Shown here: one piece after another, positions 9,508 through 18,963 of the stretch | Numbering within the stretch: position 1 is the first letter of the stretch | How the letters are laid out: each line of letters opens with the position of its first letter | Assembly (NCBI GenBank): GCA_039933785.1 | Contig: JBDTNL010000014.1 | Span: forward strand, 1,382-65,381 | Source: Acidobacteriota bacterium | Lineage (GTDB): Bacteria; Acidobacteriota; Thermoanaerobaculia; Multivoradales; JAGPDF01 | DNA: 64,000 bases | Direction of reading: 5' to 3' | Notes under the pieces: generated by a model | What the model was told of the DNA's origin: nothing | Database searches by the model: none | The model's input: only the letters and a program-made list of their open reading frames with translations | Translations under genes and position numbers: made by a program

Positions 9508-11868
9508 ATGCGCCAGAATAGCTCCACTGCTATGAGCGCCCCCGCCGACGGGCTCGTCGACCTGCTGCGCGATCTCGCGATCGCGTGGAAGAACCTCGCC
9601 GCGTATCCCCCGGCGCATCCCCTGCGCATCCAGGGCCTCGAGCAGGCTCAGAAGCAACTCCAGCGGGTGGTGCCTTCCGGCGACACCCTGAGCCTGGGCG
9701 TCTTGCGTGACGGCTTGCTGCGCGGCGAGGAGAAGCACTCGGGGACCGCGGCGCAGCGCCTGGCCGAAGCCCTGCACCGCCGGCATGTCGCGGTGCTGTC
9801 GCTCGAGGGAGACACCACCGCCGGCGAGCTCGAAGCCTTCTTGCGGCTGCTGGTCGCCGATCCTCGCCGGGCTCCGGCCCCGCTCTGGGACGAGCTCGAA
9901 GCCGCCGGAGTGCTACATATCGGACTGCAGCCGGTCGACTACGAGGGCGTGACGATCGACGACGCGCCGGAAAGCGAGCGTACCGGCAAGCCGGCGCCCA
10001 AGTCGCTGAACGAAGCGATGGTGCGCGAATTGCTCCTGGGACGCGAGTTCATGGCCTTCGGAATCGACCCGTCTCAGGCGACTCTCGAAGAAGTGCTCGC
10101 GCTGGTCGGGGCGCTGCACGCCGAATCCGAGCGCGAGGGCGGCGGTGGCGGCGCTGGCCAAGGACAAACCGGCGGCCCGGGATCTGGCAAAGACTCGGGT
10201 CCGGGCCAAGGTCCTAGCCCAGGAGGCGGCGCCGCCGGACAGGCGACCGATGCGGCGGCAACTGCGCTCGCCGCCCTGAGACTGTCGAGTCGTCTAGCGA
10301 AAACGATCGAGGACTACTTCTCCCGCGTGAACGGCGCGGCGCGAGCGACCGCGGCGGTCGACTTGGGCAATCTGGTACCGAAGCTGCCGGGGGGCCCGCG
10401 CGCCGCGGTCGCCGAAGCGGCGTTGCGGGCGCTCGGCACGATGCGCTCGGGCACTTCGCCCGCCGATGCCGCCGCCGACCGGGACGATGCGCTGGCGCTC
10501 GATGTCTTCGTGCGCCGGCTGCCGCCCGGAGAAGTGCTGGCTGCGCTGCGGCGGATGATCACCAGCGGAACACGACTCTCGCCCCGCGCCGTACGCCTGG
10601 CGCAAATGCTCGAGGAGGCTTCGCCCGCTGGTTCGAGCGGCCCGCGAGCGACGGCCGAGGTGGTGGCCACGATCGAAGCACTCTTCCGCGACGAGGACAT
10701 CGACCGGGTCGCGGTCGCGCTGCCGGGCGAGGTTGCGCTTCAAGCCTTGGCACTACCTCGGCCTCAGGAAATTCCGCCGGCCGAGTTGCCGGATCTCGGG
10801 CCGCGCCTCGATTCCCTGGCGTCCAGCGCCGTGCTCACGCAGACGGTCTCGACCCTGCTCGAGATGGTCACCGACAAGTCGCCGCGACAAGTGCCGCCGG
10901 CGGTGCTCTCGAAGCTCGAAGAGCTCTACCGCGAGCTCCTGCAAGCCGGCCGTTTCACCTCGGCGCTGCAAGTCGTCGAAACGCTCAAGCGGATGCGCGG
11001 CGCCGAGGCCCTCGAGGACACCGCCGACGACCTGCGGCGCATCCTCGAGCGGCTGGGCAATCGCGAGTCGGTGCGCTCGATGCTGAGCGCGTTGCGCGAC
11101 CTTCCCGACCAGGCGCAGGTGGAAGTGGCGCGCCTGATCGAGCGCCTGGGCTCGCCGGCTCTGCGCCACCTGCTCGGTCAGCTGTCGGAGGAGCAGGACC
11201 GCTCGCTCCGGCACCGCATTCTCGGCGTGCTGAGCGCGCTCGGCGATGCGGTCGTTCCGGAAGCGACGCTGCTGCTCCAGGATTCGCGTTGGTTCGTGGT
11301 GCGCAACATGATCGTCCTGCTGCGCACGGTCGGCGACCAGAGCGCGCTGCCCGCGCTGCGCCGCCTCGCCGAGCACGGCGACTTGCGAGTGCGCATGGAG
11401 GCGATCAAGAGCCTGCTGGCCTCGGACCCCCAAGTGCCCGGAGAGTTGCTGGCGCGAGCGATGCAGGATCCCGACCCGACGCTTGCCGAGTCGGCCATCG
11501 GTCTGGTGGCGACGTACGGCATCGTGCAAGCGGTGCAGCCGCTGCTCGGTCTGCTCGCCAAGCCCGACCGTCTTGGGCGGCGGCGATCGGTGCGCCTGCG
11601 AGCGCTGCGCACGCTCGGCGTGCTGGCCGATCCGGCGGCGCTTCCGGAGCTCGACCGGCTGTACCTGCGCGAGCGCTGGTTTGGCCGCCCGCCGGCCGAG
11701 GAACGCTTGGCCGCTTTCCGGGCCTTGGCTGGATTCGCCGCGGAGCACACCCGGCCCTATGTGGAAGGCGGTGGGAAGTCGCGCGATGCCGCGGTGCGCG
11801 CGGTTTGCCGAGCCCTCGCCGAGGGCAAGATCCGCGCTCCCGAACGCGAGGCCGAGGAGCGCGAATGA
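9508..11868 (+). CDS. HEAT/PBS-lyase repeat protein (786 aa) with DUF3391-like N-terminal domain and Gly-rich linker
   Basis: Start set at ATG 9508 (ORF-track start 9349 overlaps divergent gene); C-terminal repeats DPDP..VR..A..AL (HEAT-like); N-terminal ~100 aa homologous to N-terminus of downstream HD-GYP protein. Confidence 0.7.
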   Translation: MRQNSSTAMSAPADGLVDLLRDLAIAWKNLAAYPPAHPLRIQGLEQAQKQLQRVVPSGDTLSLGVLRDGLLRGEEKHSGTAAQRLAEALHRRHVAVLSLEGDTTAGELEAFLRLLVADPRRAPAPLWDELEAAGVLHIGLQPVDYEGVTIDDAPESERTGKPAPKSLNEAMVRELLLGREFMAFGIDPSQATLEEVLALVGALHAESEREGGGGGAGQGQTGGPGSGKDSGPGQGPSPGGGAAGQATDAAATALAALRLSSRLAKTIEDYFSRVNGAARATAAVDLGNLVPKLPGGPRAAVAEAALRALGTMRSGTSPADAAADRDDALALDVFVRRLPPGEVLAALRRMITSGTRLSPRAVRLAQMLEEASPAGSSGPRATAEVVATIEALFRDEDIDRVAVALPGEVALQALALPRPQEIPPAELPDLGPRLDSLASSAVLTQTVSTLLEMVTDKSPRQVPPAVLSKLEELYRELLQAGRFTSALQVVETLKRMRGAEALEDTADDLRRILERLGNRESVRSMLSALRDLPDQAQVEVARLIERLGSPALRHLLGQLSEEQDRSLRHRILGVLSALGDAVVPEATLLLQDSRWFVVRNMIVLLRTVGDQSALPALRRLAEHGDLRVRMEAIKSLLASDPQVPGELLARAMQDPDPTLAESAIGLVATYGIVQAVQPLLGLLAKPDRLGRRRSVRLRALRTLGVLADPAALPELDRLYLRERWFGRPPAEERLAAFRALAGFAAEHTRPYVEGGGKSRDAAVRAVCRALAEGKIRAPEREAEERE

Positions 11869-13085
11869 GCGTCGCCGAACGCGCAGCGATCGAGCGCCTG
11901 GTCCTCCACGTGGTGACCGCGGTCAACAGTCGCGCGTTGTATCCCGGCAACCATCCCCGCACCCGCGAGGCGATCGACGCCTGGGTGGCCGATCTCGAGC
12001 GCGTCCTCGAAGCGCGGGGGCAGACCTCCATTGCTCTGCTCGCCGTCGACGACGACCTGGTGGTCGACCAGAAACCCATCGCGCAAGGCGGGCTTACCGT
12101 TCGGGGCTTCGTCCATGCCCTGCGCCGGCTGGGTGTGGAGGGACTGACGCTCTCCCGCGGCCTGACCGTGGACGAGGCCCAGCGCTTCCTCGAGGCCTTG
12201 GCCGAGCGGAGCGTCGCGGCTTCGACCCTGCACATTCAGGTGGGGCAGCTGCGGGTCGGTCTCGACGACGAGCGCGGCGGCGAGGGCGGTGGCGCCGGGC
12301 TGGCGGGTGGCGTGGGGAGCGATGGCGAGGGTCCGAGCGAAGGAACCGGCGCTGGGCGCCAAGCCCAGTTGCGGAGCAGCGCCGCTTCCGCCGCCGACGC
12401 GGGTGCCCGCTTGCTGGTCGCGGCAGAGCAGGCGAAGAGCGCGTTCGTGCGTCAGCGCGAACAGCGCGGCGGCGCGGCCCAGCTCGAGCGCCTGGTGTGG
12501 ACTGCGATGGATGCGCTGGCGCACTCGGCGCAAGTCATGCTGCCGATGCGCGATCTGCGCACCCACGATGAGCTCACGTTCGCGCACTCGCTGAACGTCT
12601 CGTTGCTCGTGCTCGCACACGGCCGGGCCTTAGGCCTGCGCGGCGAGGTCTTGAAAGACGCCGGATTCGCCGCGCTCATGCACGACATCGGCAAGCTGAT
12701 GCTGCCGATCGATCTGTTGCACGACCCTGGCCGGCTTTCGAACGAACAGTGGGCGCTCATGCGGCAGCACCCCGAGCTCGGCGCCGCGATTCTCTGCGAG
12801 CAGCGCGATCTGCCTTCGGTAGTGGTGCTGGCGGCGTACGAGCACCATCTGCGCTTCGACGGTGCACCGAGCTACCCGGTCCTGCGCAGCCAGCGTCGCC
12901 CAACGCTCGCCAGCGCGCTCACCGCGGTCGCCGACACCTTCGACGCCTTCTGCGGTCGCGACCCCAGCCCGGCGCGCCGCGACGCGGCCTTCTCCATGCT
13001 CCGCAAGCGCGCCGGCACCTGGCTCGACCCGATCCTGGTCGATAGCTTCTGCCGCCTGTTCATGCCTCCGCCCGTGGCGCCGTGA
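11865..13085 (+). CDS. HD-GYP domain phosphodiesterase (406 aa)
   Basis: ATG 11865 overlaps HEAT-gene stop (ATGA); HD motifs HSLNVS...LMHDIGK...EHHLRFDGAPSYP...AVADTFDAF (HD-GYP with SYP variant). Confidence 0.8.
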   Translation: MSVAERAAIERLVLHVVTAVNSRALYPGNHPRTREAIDAWVADLERVLEARGQTSIALLAVDDDLVVDQKPIAQGGLTVRGFVHALRRLGVEGLTLSRGLTVDEAQRFLEALAERSVAASTLHIQVGQLRVGLDDERGGEGGGAGLAGGVGSDGEGPSEGTGAGRQAQLRSSAASAADAGARLLVAAEQAKSAFVRQREQRGGAAQLERLVWTAMDALAHSAQVMLPMRDLRTHDELTFAHSLNVSLLVLAHGRALGLRGEVLKDAGFAALMHDIGKLMLPIDLLHDPGRLSNEQWALMRQHPELGAAILCEQRDLPSVVVLAAYEHHLRFDGAPSYPVLRSQRRPTLASALTAVADTFDAFCGRDPSPARRDAAFSMLRKRAGTWLDPILVDSFCRLFMPPPVAP

Positions 13086-14590
13086 GCGAGCCCTCGCCGC
13101 TCGCGCCGCCCGCTCCTTCGCCGAGCACGGCACTCGCAGACCAGGCGTTCTCTCGCGCCGCCGGCGCCGCGCTTTCTCATGGCAACAGCGTTCGGCTCTT
13201 GAAAGACGGACGCGAGAACTACCCCGCCATGTTGGAGGCCATTCGATCGGCCAAGCATGCGGTTCACTTCGAGTGCTACTTCATCTGTGATGACGCGGCG
13301 GGTCAGGACTTCGCCCGCGCGCTCGGCGAGCGGGCGCGAGCCGGCGTGCCGGTGCGCCTGGTGTACGACTGGCTGGGCGGGCATAGCACCGCCGGCCGAA
13401 AGTTCTGGAACGCGCTCCGCGAACAGGGCGTCGAGGTGCGGGTCTACAACCCGCCGCGTTTCGACCAGCCCTTTGGCTGGCTCAGCCGCAATCACCGCAA
13501 GAGCCTGGTGGTCGACGACCGCATCGCGTATGTCACCGGTCTTTGCATCGGACAGGCATGGCTCGGCGAGCCGGCGAAAGACATCGAAGCTTGGCGCGAC
13601 ACTGGGATCGAAGTACGGGGCCCGGCAGTGGCCGAAGTCGCCGCGGCTTTCGCCGACACCTGGGCCGCGATCGGTGATCCGCTGCCGCCGGCCGAGTCGA
13701 CAGCGCCTTCGGCACTCTCGGATCACGCCGGCGAGAGCGCCACCGGCGTCGCGGTGCGTGTCGTGGCCGAGTCCGCAGGGAAAGCCGGCATGTTGCGCCT
13801 CGACACCTTGGTCGCTGGTCTTGCTCGCCGGACTCTATGGTTGACGGATGCGTACTACGCCGGGACCGCCGTGTACGTCGAGGCCTTGCGCGCCGCGGCC
13901 GGCGACGGAGTGGACGTGCGGCTGCTGGTGCCGGGCCGCGGCAGCGACCTCTCTCTGGTGCAGGCGGTCTCGCGCGCCGGATATCGATCGTTGCTCGAAG
14001 GCGGGGTAAGGGTCTTCGAGTGGAACGGCCCGATGATTCACGCCAAGACCGCCGTCGCCGATGCCAAGTGGGCGCGCATCGGATCGACCAACCTCAACCT
14101 CGCGAGCTGGTTGGGTAACCGCGAGATCGATCTGGTGGTCGAGGACGGCGCCTTCGCCTGCGCCATGGAGGCGATGTACCTCGAGGATCTGGAGAACTCG
14201 ACCGAGATCGTTCTGCGGCCGGGGTTCCGAGTGCGGCGCGTCGACGGCGGCCGAGTTCGGCGCCGACGTGGCGCCGGAGGCAGCGCCAGCCGCGCCGCAG
14301 CGGGCGCCCTGCGTGTGGGCAACGTCGTCGGAGCCGCGATCACGCGCCGCGTGCTCGGCCCGGCGGAATCGCGACTGATGGCCCAGGCGGGTTTTCTGGT
14401 GCTGGTCCTACTGCCGTTGGGGATCTGGTTCCCGCGTCTCCTCGCCTGGCCCTTGGCCATCCTCTGCGGCTGGGTTGGCTTCGCGCTCTTGCTGGGAGCG
14501 TGGAAGAGCCGCCGAGGTGCGGCCCGTCCTCTGCGCTCGCGTTCCGCCGAACGTGTTGTCGAGGTGGAGAGCAAGGCGCCCGTGCCTTGA
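13082..14590 (+). CDS. Phospholipase D / cardiolipin synthase (ClsB-like) family protein with C-terminal TM extension
   Basis: GTG 13082 overlaps upstream stop (GTGA); two HKD motifs HRKSLVVDD and HAKTAVAD...GSTNLN; C-terminal hydrophobic segments. Confidence 0.8.
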   Translation: MSEPSPLAPPAPSPSTALADQAFSRAAGAALSHGNSVRLLKDGRENYPAMLEAIRSAKHAVHFECYFICDDAAGQDFARALGERARAGVPVRLVYDWLGGHSTAGRKFWNALREQGVEVRVYNPPRFDQPFGWLSRNHRKSLVVDDRIAYVTGLCIGQAWLGEPAKDIEAWRDTGIEVRGPAVAEVAAAFADTWAAIGDPLPPAESTAPSALSDHAGESATGVAVRVVAESAGKAGMLRLDTLVAGLARRTLWLTDAYYAGTAVYVEALRAAAGDGVDVRLLVPGRGSDLSLVQAVSRAGYRSLLEGGVRVFEWNGPMIHAKTAVADAKWARIGSTNLNLASWLGNREIDLVVEDGAFACAMEAMYLEDLENSTEIVLRPGFRVRRVDGGRVRRRRGAGGSASRAAAGALRVGNVVGAAITRRVLGPAESRLMAQAGFLVLVLLPLGIWFPRLLAWPLAILCGWVGFALLLGAWKSRRGAARPLRSRSAERVVEVESKAPVP

Positions 14591-14940
14591 AAAAGCGCGG
14601 CGCAGGGCTCGTGTACACGACCGAGAGCGGCCGAACTTGCGGCGTCTGCGGCTGGCCGAAGGATCGTTGCTCCTGCAGCGCGCCGACTGAGCCGCCCGGC
14701 GACGGCAACGTGCGCGTGGGCCGCGAGACCAAGGGCCGCGCCGGAAAGGGCGTGACCGTCATCACCGGCTTACCGCTCAGAGGCGCCGAGCTCGAGACGC
14801 TCGCGAGCGAGCTCAAGCGCCGCTGCGGCTCGGGTGGCACGGTGAAGGACGGCGTGGTCGAGATCCAGGGCGATCACCGCGACGCCCTGCTCGTCGAGCT
14901 CACGGGGCGAGGCTTCTCGGTCAAACGCTCGGGAGGGTGA
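14587..14940 (+). CDS. yciH: SUI1/YciH family translation initiation factor-like protein
   Basis: TTG 14587 overlapping cls stop (TTGA); [16 protein letters not shown]...[25 protein letters not shown]...[13 protein letters not shown] matches SUI1 fold signature. Confidence 0.75.
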   Translation: MKKRGAGLVYTTESGRTCGVCGWPKDRCSCSAPTEPPGDGNVRVGRETKGRAGKGVTVITGLPLRGAELETLASELKRRCGSGGTVKDGVVEIQGDHRDALLVELTGRGFSVKRSGG

Positions 14941-15170
14941 CCGGCCGCCGTTGGGCCTCCCCGCGGTCGCAATTGAGCCCCATCAAGCCCCAAGGCACGC
15001 CAAGGCCACCAGTATCTCCTCGACCCGGATCGCTCCGCTGTGGACAAGTCCGCCGGAGCAGAATCCATCGGCAGGATGGCGCTAGAGGCCCCGAGTCGGC
15101 CAGTATTGGCTGACGATCAATTTACCGCCGCGCCCTTAGAGCCTCGGCAAGCGACTCGCGGAGAATACCC

Positions 15171-16487
15171 ATGGTGAGATGCAAGACTCTGTTCGCGCTC
15201 CTCGTTTCAATTGCTTGGGCGACGGCGGCGCTCGCCGCGGATAGCGCTCCCCACCGCGTCGCAGTCCGCGCCGGGCGTCTGCTCGACCCCGCGACCGGGG
15301 CGATGACTCGGGACGCCATCATCTTGATCGAAGGCGACCGAGTGACCGCGGCTGGCCCGGGCTTGGCGATCCCCGCCGGCAGCGAGATCGTGGACCTGTC
15401 GCATTCCACGGTCCTTCCCGGCCTGATCGATTGCCATACTCACGTGACCAGTCAGTCCGGTAACTACTACGACGACCTCTTCCGCCGCAGCCCCATCGAC
15501 CAGGCGGTCGTCGCGCACGTCTACGCCAGGCGCACGCTCGAAGCCGGCTTCACCACCATCCGCGACGTCGGATCCTCCGAGTTCATCGACGTCGCCTTGC
15601 GCAATGCGATCGAACGCGGCGATGTCGTCGGCCCACGCATGCTCGTCGCAACGCTCGCCGTAGGGTCGACCGGTGGGCACAACGACCTCTCAGGTTTTTC
15701 GCCGTATCTCAAGTTCCAGGGCTTCTCCGGCATCGCCGACGGCGTCGACGAAATTCGCAAGCTCATCCGCTTCGAGGTCAAGAACGGCGCCGACTGGATC
15801 AAGGTCATGGCGACTGCCGGTGTGCTCTCCGAGGAGGGCTCGGTCGGCGCCCCGCAATACTCGCAAGCCGAGCTCGACGCGGTCGTCGACGAAGCCGCCA
15901 TGTGGGGCAAGAAAGTCGCCGCCCATGCCCACGGCGCCGAAGGCATCCGGCGCGCCGCGAAGGCCGGCGTGCGCTCCATCGAGCACGGCGGCATGATCGA
16001 CGACGAGGGCATCAAGCTCCTGCTCCAGCACGATGCCTTCCTGGTCCCCGACATCTACACTGACGAGTACATCCTGGCCGAGGCCGGCCCCTTGGGCTTG
16101 CCGCAGAAGATCATCGACAAGGAAAAGGAGCTCCGCGTCCATCAGCTCGCGAATTGGCGCCGCGCCATCGACGCCGGGGTCAAGCTCGCCTTCGGCACCG
16201 ACGCCGGCGTCTATCCTCACGGCCAGAATGCCAAGCAGTTTCACTCCCTGCTCGTGCTCGGGCTGACGCCGCAGCAAGTCATCCGCATGGCGACCACCAA
16301 CGCGGCCGAGCTCCTCGGTTGGAGCGACCGCGTGGGAGCGATCGCTCCCGGACACTTCGCCGACTTGATCGCCGTCGACGGCGACCCGCTTACCGATGTC
16401 ACCGAGCTCGAGCGCGTCCGCTTCGTCATGAAGGGCGGGGTGGTGGTCAAGAGCACCCCAGCAACTGGGGCCGCGCATGCCCACTGA
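15171..16487 (+). CDS. Secreted amidohydrolase family protein (metal-dependent hydrolase)
   Basis: Signal peptide; HxH metal site (GLIDCHTHV), amidohydrolase fold length 438 aa; RBS GGAGAA. Confidence 0.8.
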   Translation: MVRCKTLFALLVSIAWATAALAADSAPHRVAVRAGRLLDPATGAMTRDAIILIEGDRVTAAGPGLAIPAGSEIVDLSHSTVLPGLIDCHTHVTSQSGNYYDDLFRRSPIDQAVVAHVYARRTLEAGFTTIRDVGSSEFIDVALRNAIERGDVVGPRMLVATLAVGSTGGHNDLSGFSPYLKFQGFSGIADGVDEIRKLIRFEVKNGADWIKVMATAGVLSEEGSVGAPQYSQAELDAVVDEAAMWGKKVAAHAHGAEGIRRAAKAGVRSIEHGGMIDDEGIKLLLQHDAFLVPDIYTDEYILAEAGPLGLPQKIIDKEKELRVHQLANWRRAIDAGVKLAFGTDAGVYPHGQNAKQFHSLLVLGLTPQQVIRMATTNAAELLGWSDRVGAIAPGHFADLIAVDGDPLTDVTELERVRFVMKGGVVVKSTPATGAAHAH

Positions 16488-16965
16488 TTCCAGCGCGGAG
16501 CGCCGCCTGCTGCGGCACACCCTCGCGACTCTGGCCTATCGCGCCAGCAAGGTCCTCCGCCAGACCCCGCCGGACTTCGGCGCCTTTCGCGCCGCCCCGG
16601 GGAGTCGCGCGGCCGGCGAGATCCTGGCCCACCTGGGCGATCTTTTCGACTGGGCCTTGACCATGACGCGCGGAGAACCGGTGTATCGAGAGCAGGCAGC
16701 GACCACCTGGGCGGAGGATTCGGCGCGCTTCTTCGCGTGCCTGCAAGAGCTCGATGCCCTCCTCACGGAGGATCAGGCGCTCACCTGCTCGGCGGAAGGA
16801 CTCTTTCAGGGTCCGATCGCCGACGCGCTCACCCACGTTGGCCAGCTCGCGTTCATGCGCCGCCTGGCCGGTGAGCCGGTGCGCGGCGAGAGCTACTTCC
16901 GGGCCGATATCGCGACCGGCCGCGTCGGCGCCGAGCAGGCGGCGCCGAGATTCGAATTCGACTGA
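16477..16965 (+). CDS. Hypothetical protein, DinB/YfiT-like helical bundle (tentative)
   Basis: 162-aa ORF overlapping previous gene by 11 nt; coding-like composition; function not recognised. Confidence 0.45.
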   Translation: MPTDSSAERRLLRHTLATLAYRASKVLRQTPPDFGAFRAAPGSRAAGEILAHLGDLFDWALTMTRGEPVYREQAATTWAEDSARFFACLQELDALLTEDQALTCSAEGLFQGPIADALTHVGQLAFMRRLAGEPVRGESYFRADIATGRVGAEQAAPRFEFD

Positions 16966-16967
16966 AG

Positions 16968-17798
16968 ATGAGGTTCTTCACCCTCCTGCTGCGCGGCGCG
17001 CAGTCCTTCCCGCTGGCGGTTCGCAACGGCTTCAAGCATGGCTTCACCGGCGAAGCGGCGCGGCTCGCCTACTTCTTCTTTCTTTCGCTCTTCCCGCTGC
17101 TGCTCGTGCTCTTCGCGCTTTCCGGTTACTTCGGCGGCGCGGCGTCTTTTCACGCCTTGATTCGCGCGGTCGAGGACCTGGTGCCACAGGAGAGCGCGCC
17201 GATGCTCGACCGCTTCGCCAGCAAGCTCGCGAGCGAACGGCGTCCTGACGTCCTCTCGGTGGGCCTTGCTCTCGCCGCGTGGTCGGCATCGGGTGTTTTC
17301 GCGGCGCTCTCCGAAGCGCTCAACCGCATCCACGGCGCGACGCACGAGAGCGGCTGGCTGCGCCGGCGTCTGCGCGCCATCCTGCTGCTCGCCGTGGTCT
17401 GTGCGCTGCTCGCGGTCGCCGCGACCGGCCTGCTCCTGCTGCCGAGTCTGCTCGGCGTCGTCGGCGCGGCCGGCCTCGGCAACACGGCGGCTGGGCCAGT
17501 GGTCTTCCTATTGCTCGCGGCGACGCTGTTCCTGGTGTTCTATCTCCTGCCCGATCGCGATCTCGCACGGCAACGCATGGAGACCGCGGTCGGCGCGCTC
17601 TTCGGCACCGCGCTCCTCTTTCTTGCCGCCTGGGGCTTCCGCCGCTATGTTCACCGCATCGCGAACTTTAGCGCCGTGTACGGGGTCGTCGCGGGCGCCA
17701 TCCTGCTGCTGATCTGGATGTACGTCGCAGCCTTGATGATCCTGCTCGCCGCCGAACTCGGCGCCGCGATCTCGGGCGGCAGAAAGAAGGCCAAATAG
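16968..17798 (+). CDS. YihY/BrkB family inner-membrane protein
   Basis: 6 TM segments, conserved YihY-like N-terminus (FFLSLFPLLLVL...). Confidence 0.8.
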   Translation: MRFFTLLLRGAQSFPLAVRNGFKHGFTGEAARLAYFFFLSLFPLLLVLFALSGYFGGAASFHALIRAVEDLVPQESAPMLDRFASKLASERRPDVLSVGLALAAWSASGVFAALSEALNRIHGATHESGWLRRRLRAILLLAVVCALLAVAATGLLLLPSLLGVVGAAGLGNTAAGPVVFLLLAATLFLVFYLLPDRDLARQRMETAVGALFGTALLFLAAWGFRRYVHRIANFSAVYGVVAGAILLLIWMYVAALMILLAAELGAAISGGRKKAK

Positions 17799-17886
17799 CG
17801 CTCTAAATAGTGCTCAGGCGATTCGCCAGTCCTCGCCGGTCAGGCCGACCGGAACCAGCGAGCTTCGGAGTCGGTCGGCGACCGGC

Positions 17887-18552
17887 TCATGACGTGGGTT
17901 CGACCAAGACCTTGGACGCGGCGCGAAAGCCCAGGCTGATTCGCTCGCCGCCTTCGCGCCGGAGTTGGACCGCGTCCGCGGTTTCGTCGCGCTCCGACAC
18001 TGTCACGATGCGCCCCGGCATCAGCCCGCGCGCCTCGGCCAGACGCAGGAACTCAGGGCTCTGATCGGTGATCCGTGCCACGCGCACGCGGCGCTTCACC
18101 GGACAGAGGAGCAGGCTCGGCAGATCAGGTTCCTCGACCACGCCGCGGGGCCCCGGAATCGGATCGCCATGCGGATCGACGGTAGGGAAGCCGAGCAGCT
18201 CATCCATGCGCTCGACCACGCGCTCGGAAATCACGTGCTCCAACCGCTCGGCCTCGTCGTGCACTTCGCTCCAATCGAGCCCCAGCACCTTGACCAGGAA
18301 GAGCTCGACCAGGCGGTGCCGGCGCAGCACGTGCCCGGCGAGCTGCAGTCCTGCCGGCGTGAGTCGCACGCCGCTGTAGGGCTCGTAGGTGACGAGGTTG
18401 CTGTCGGCGAGGGTCTTCACCATCGAGGTCACTGTCCCGTTGGTGACTCGCAGAGCGGTCGCGATCTGGCCCATGCTCACCAGCCCGCCGCCGCCGCGCG
18501 GTTGCTCGAGCAGGATGCACTTGAGGTAGTCCTCGACAGTGCTGGTCACCAT
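17887..18552 (-). CDS. DtxR/IdeR/MntR-family metal-dependent transcriptional regulator with C-terminal SH3-like (FeoA) domain
   Basis: MVTSTVEDYLK...HTH, metal-binding His/Glu/Cys residues, C-terminal SH3-like region; 221 aa. Confidence 0.85.
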   Translation of the reverse strand: MVTSTVEDYLKCILLEQPRGGGGLVSMGQIATALRVTNGTVTSMVKTLADSNLVTYEPYSGVRLTPAGLQLAGHVLRRHRLVELFLVKVLGLDWSEVHDEAERLEHVISERVVERMDELLGFPTVDPHGDPIPGPRGVVEEPDLPSLLLCPVKRRVRVARITDQSPEFLRLAEARGLMPGRIVTVSERDETADAVQLRREGGERISLGFRAASKVLVEPTS

Positions 18553-18681
18553 GGCGTGTGTAGGCTACTCTTTTTGAGTGGTCAAAATCACCTCGAGAGT
18601 CGGATGTCTCCTCCTCACTCGTGGTGCAGACACAACCCCGCTTCGGATCGCGGCTTCGGCGACGCCGGCGACCTTTCCGCC

Positions 18682-18963
18682 ATGGTGGTCCTCGATATCC
18701 CGCGCAAGCAGGCGAACGACGGCTACGCGCCGGACCTCGTGCGCTCGGTGTCCTCGCACGACCTCTCGCATGGATTCAGCGGCTTCCTCGAGCTCGCTGG
18801 ATTCCGGAGCCCGAGCGGCGATCGGGACTATCGAGGGTACTTCGACACCGGAGTGACCATGGCTCTCGGGCCTAGCGGTCAAATCGACACCGGGCTGCGC
18901 GTCGGACTCACGCGCACTGCGGACGATCTCGCACTCTTCTTCGGTGTCGCCTGGCGAATCTAG
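18682..18963 (+). CDS. Hypothetical small protein (93 aa; possible alternative start 18604); may be a remnant
   Basis: High GC3 in this frame; divergent from dtxR; upstream part of ORF-track ORF 17965..18963 is antisense to dtxR and rejected. Confidence 0.3.
   Translation: MVVLDIPRKQANDGYAPDLVRSVSSHDLSHGFSGFLELAGFRSPSGDRDYRGYFDTGVTMALGPSGQIDTGLRVGLTRTADDLALFFGVAWRI

Noticed and set aside
14940-15170. 230-nt intergenic region after SUI1 gene inspected for riboswitch/sRNA or terminator
   Set aside because: Only an imperfect 7-bp hairpin with a 14-nt loop and no U-tract; no conserved motif recognised.
17965-18603. Upstream two-thirds of ORF 17965-18963
   Set aside because: Antisense to dtxR; only the 3' part (18604/18682-18963) lies in free intergenic space and even that is low-confidence.
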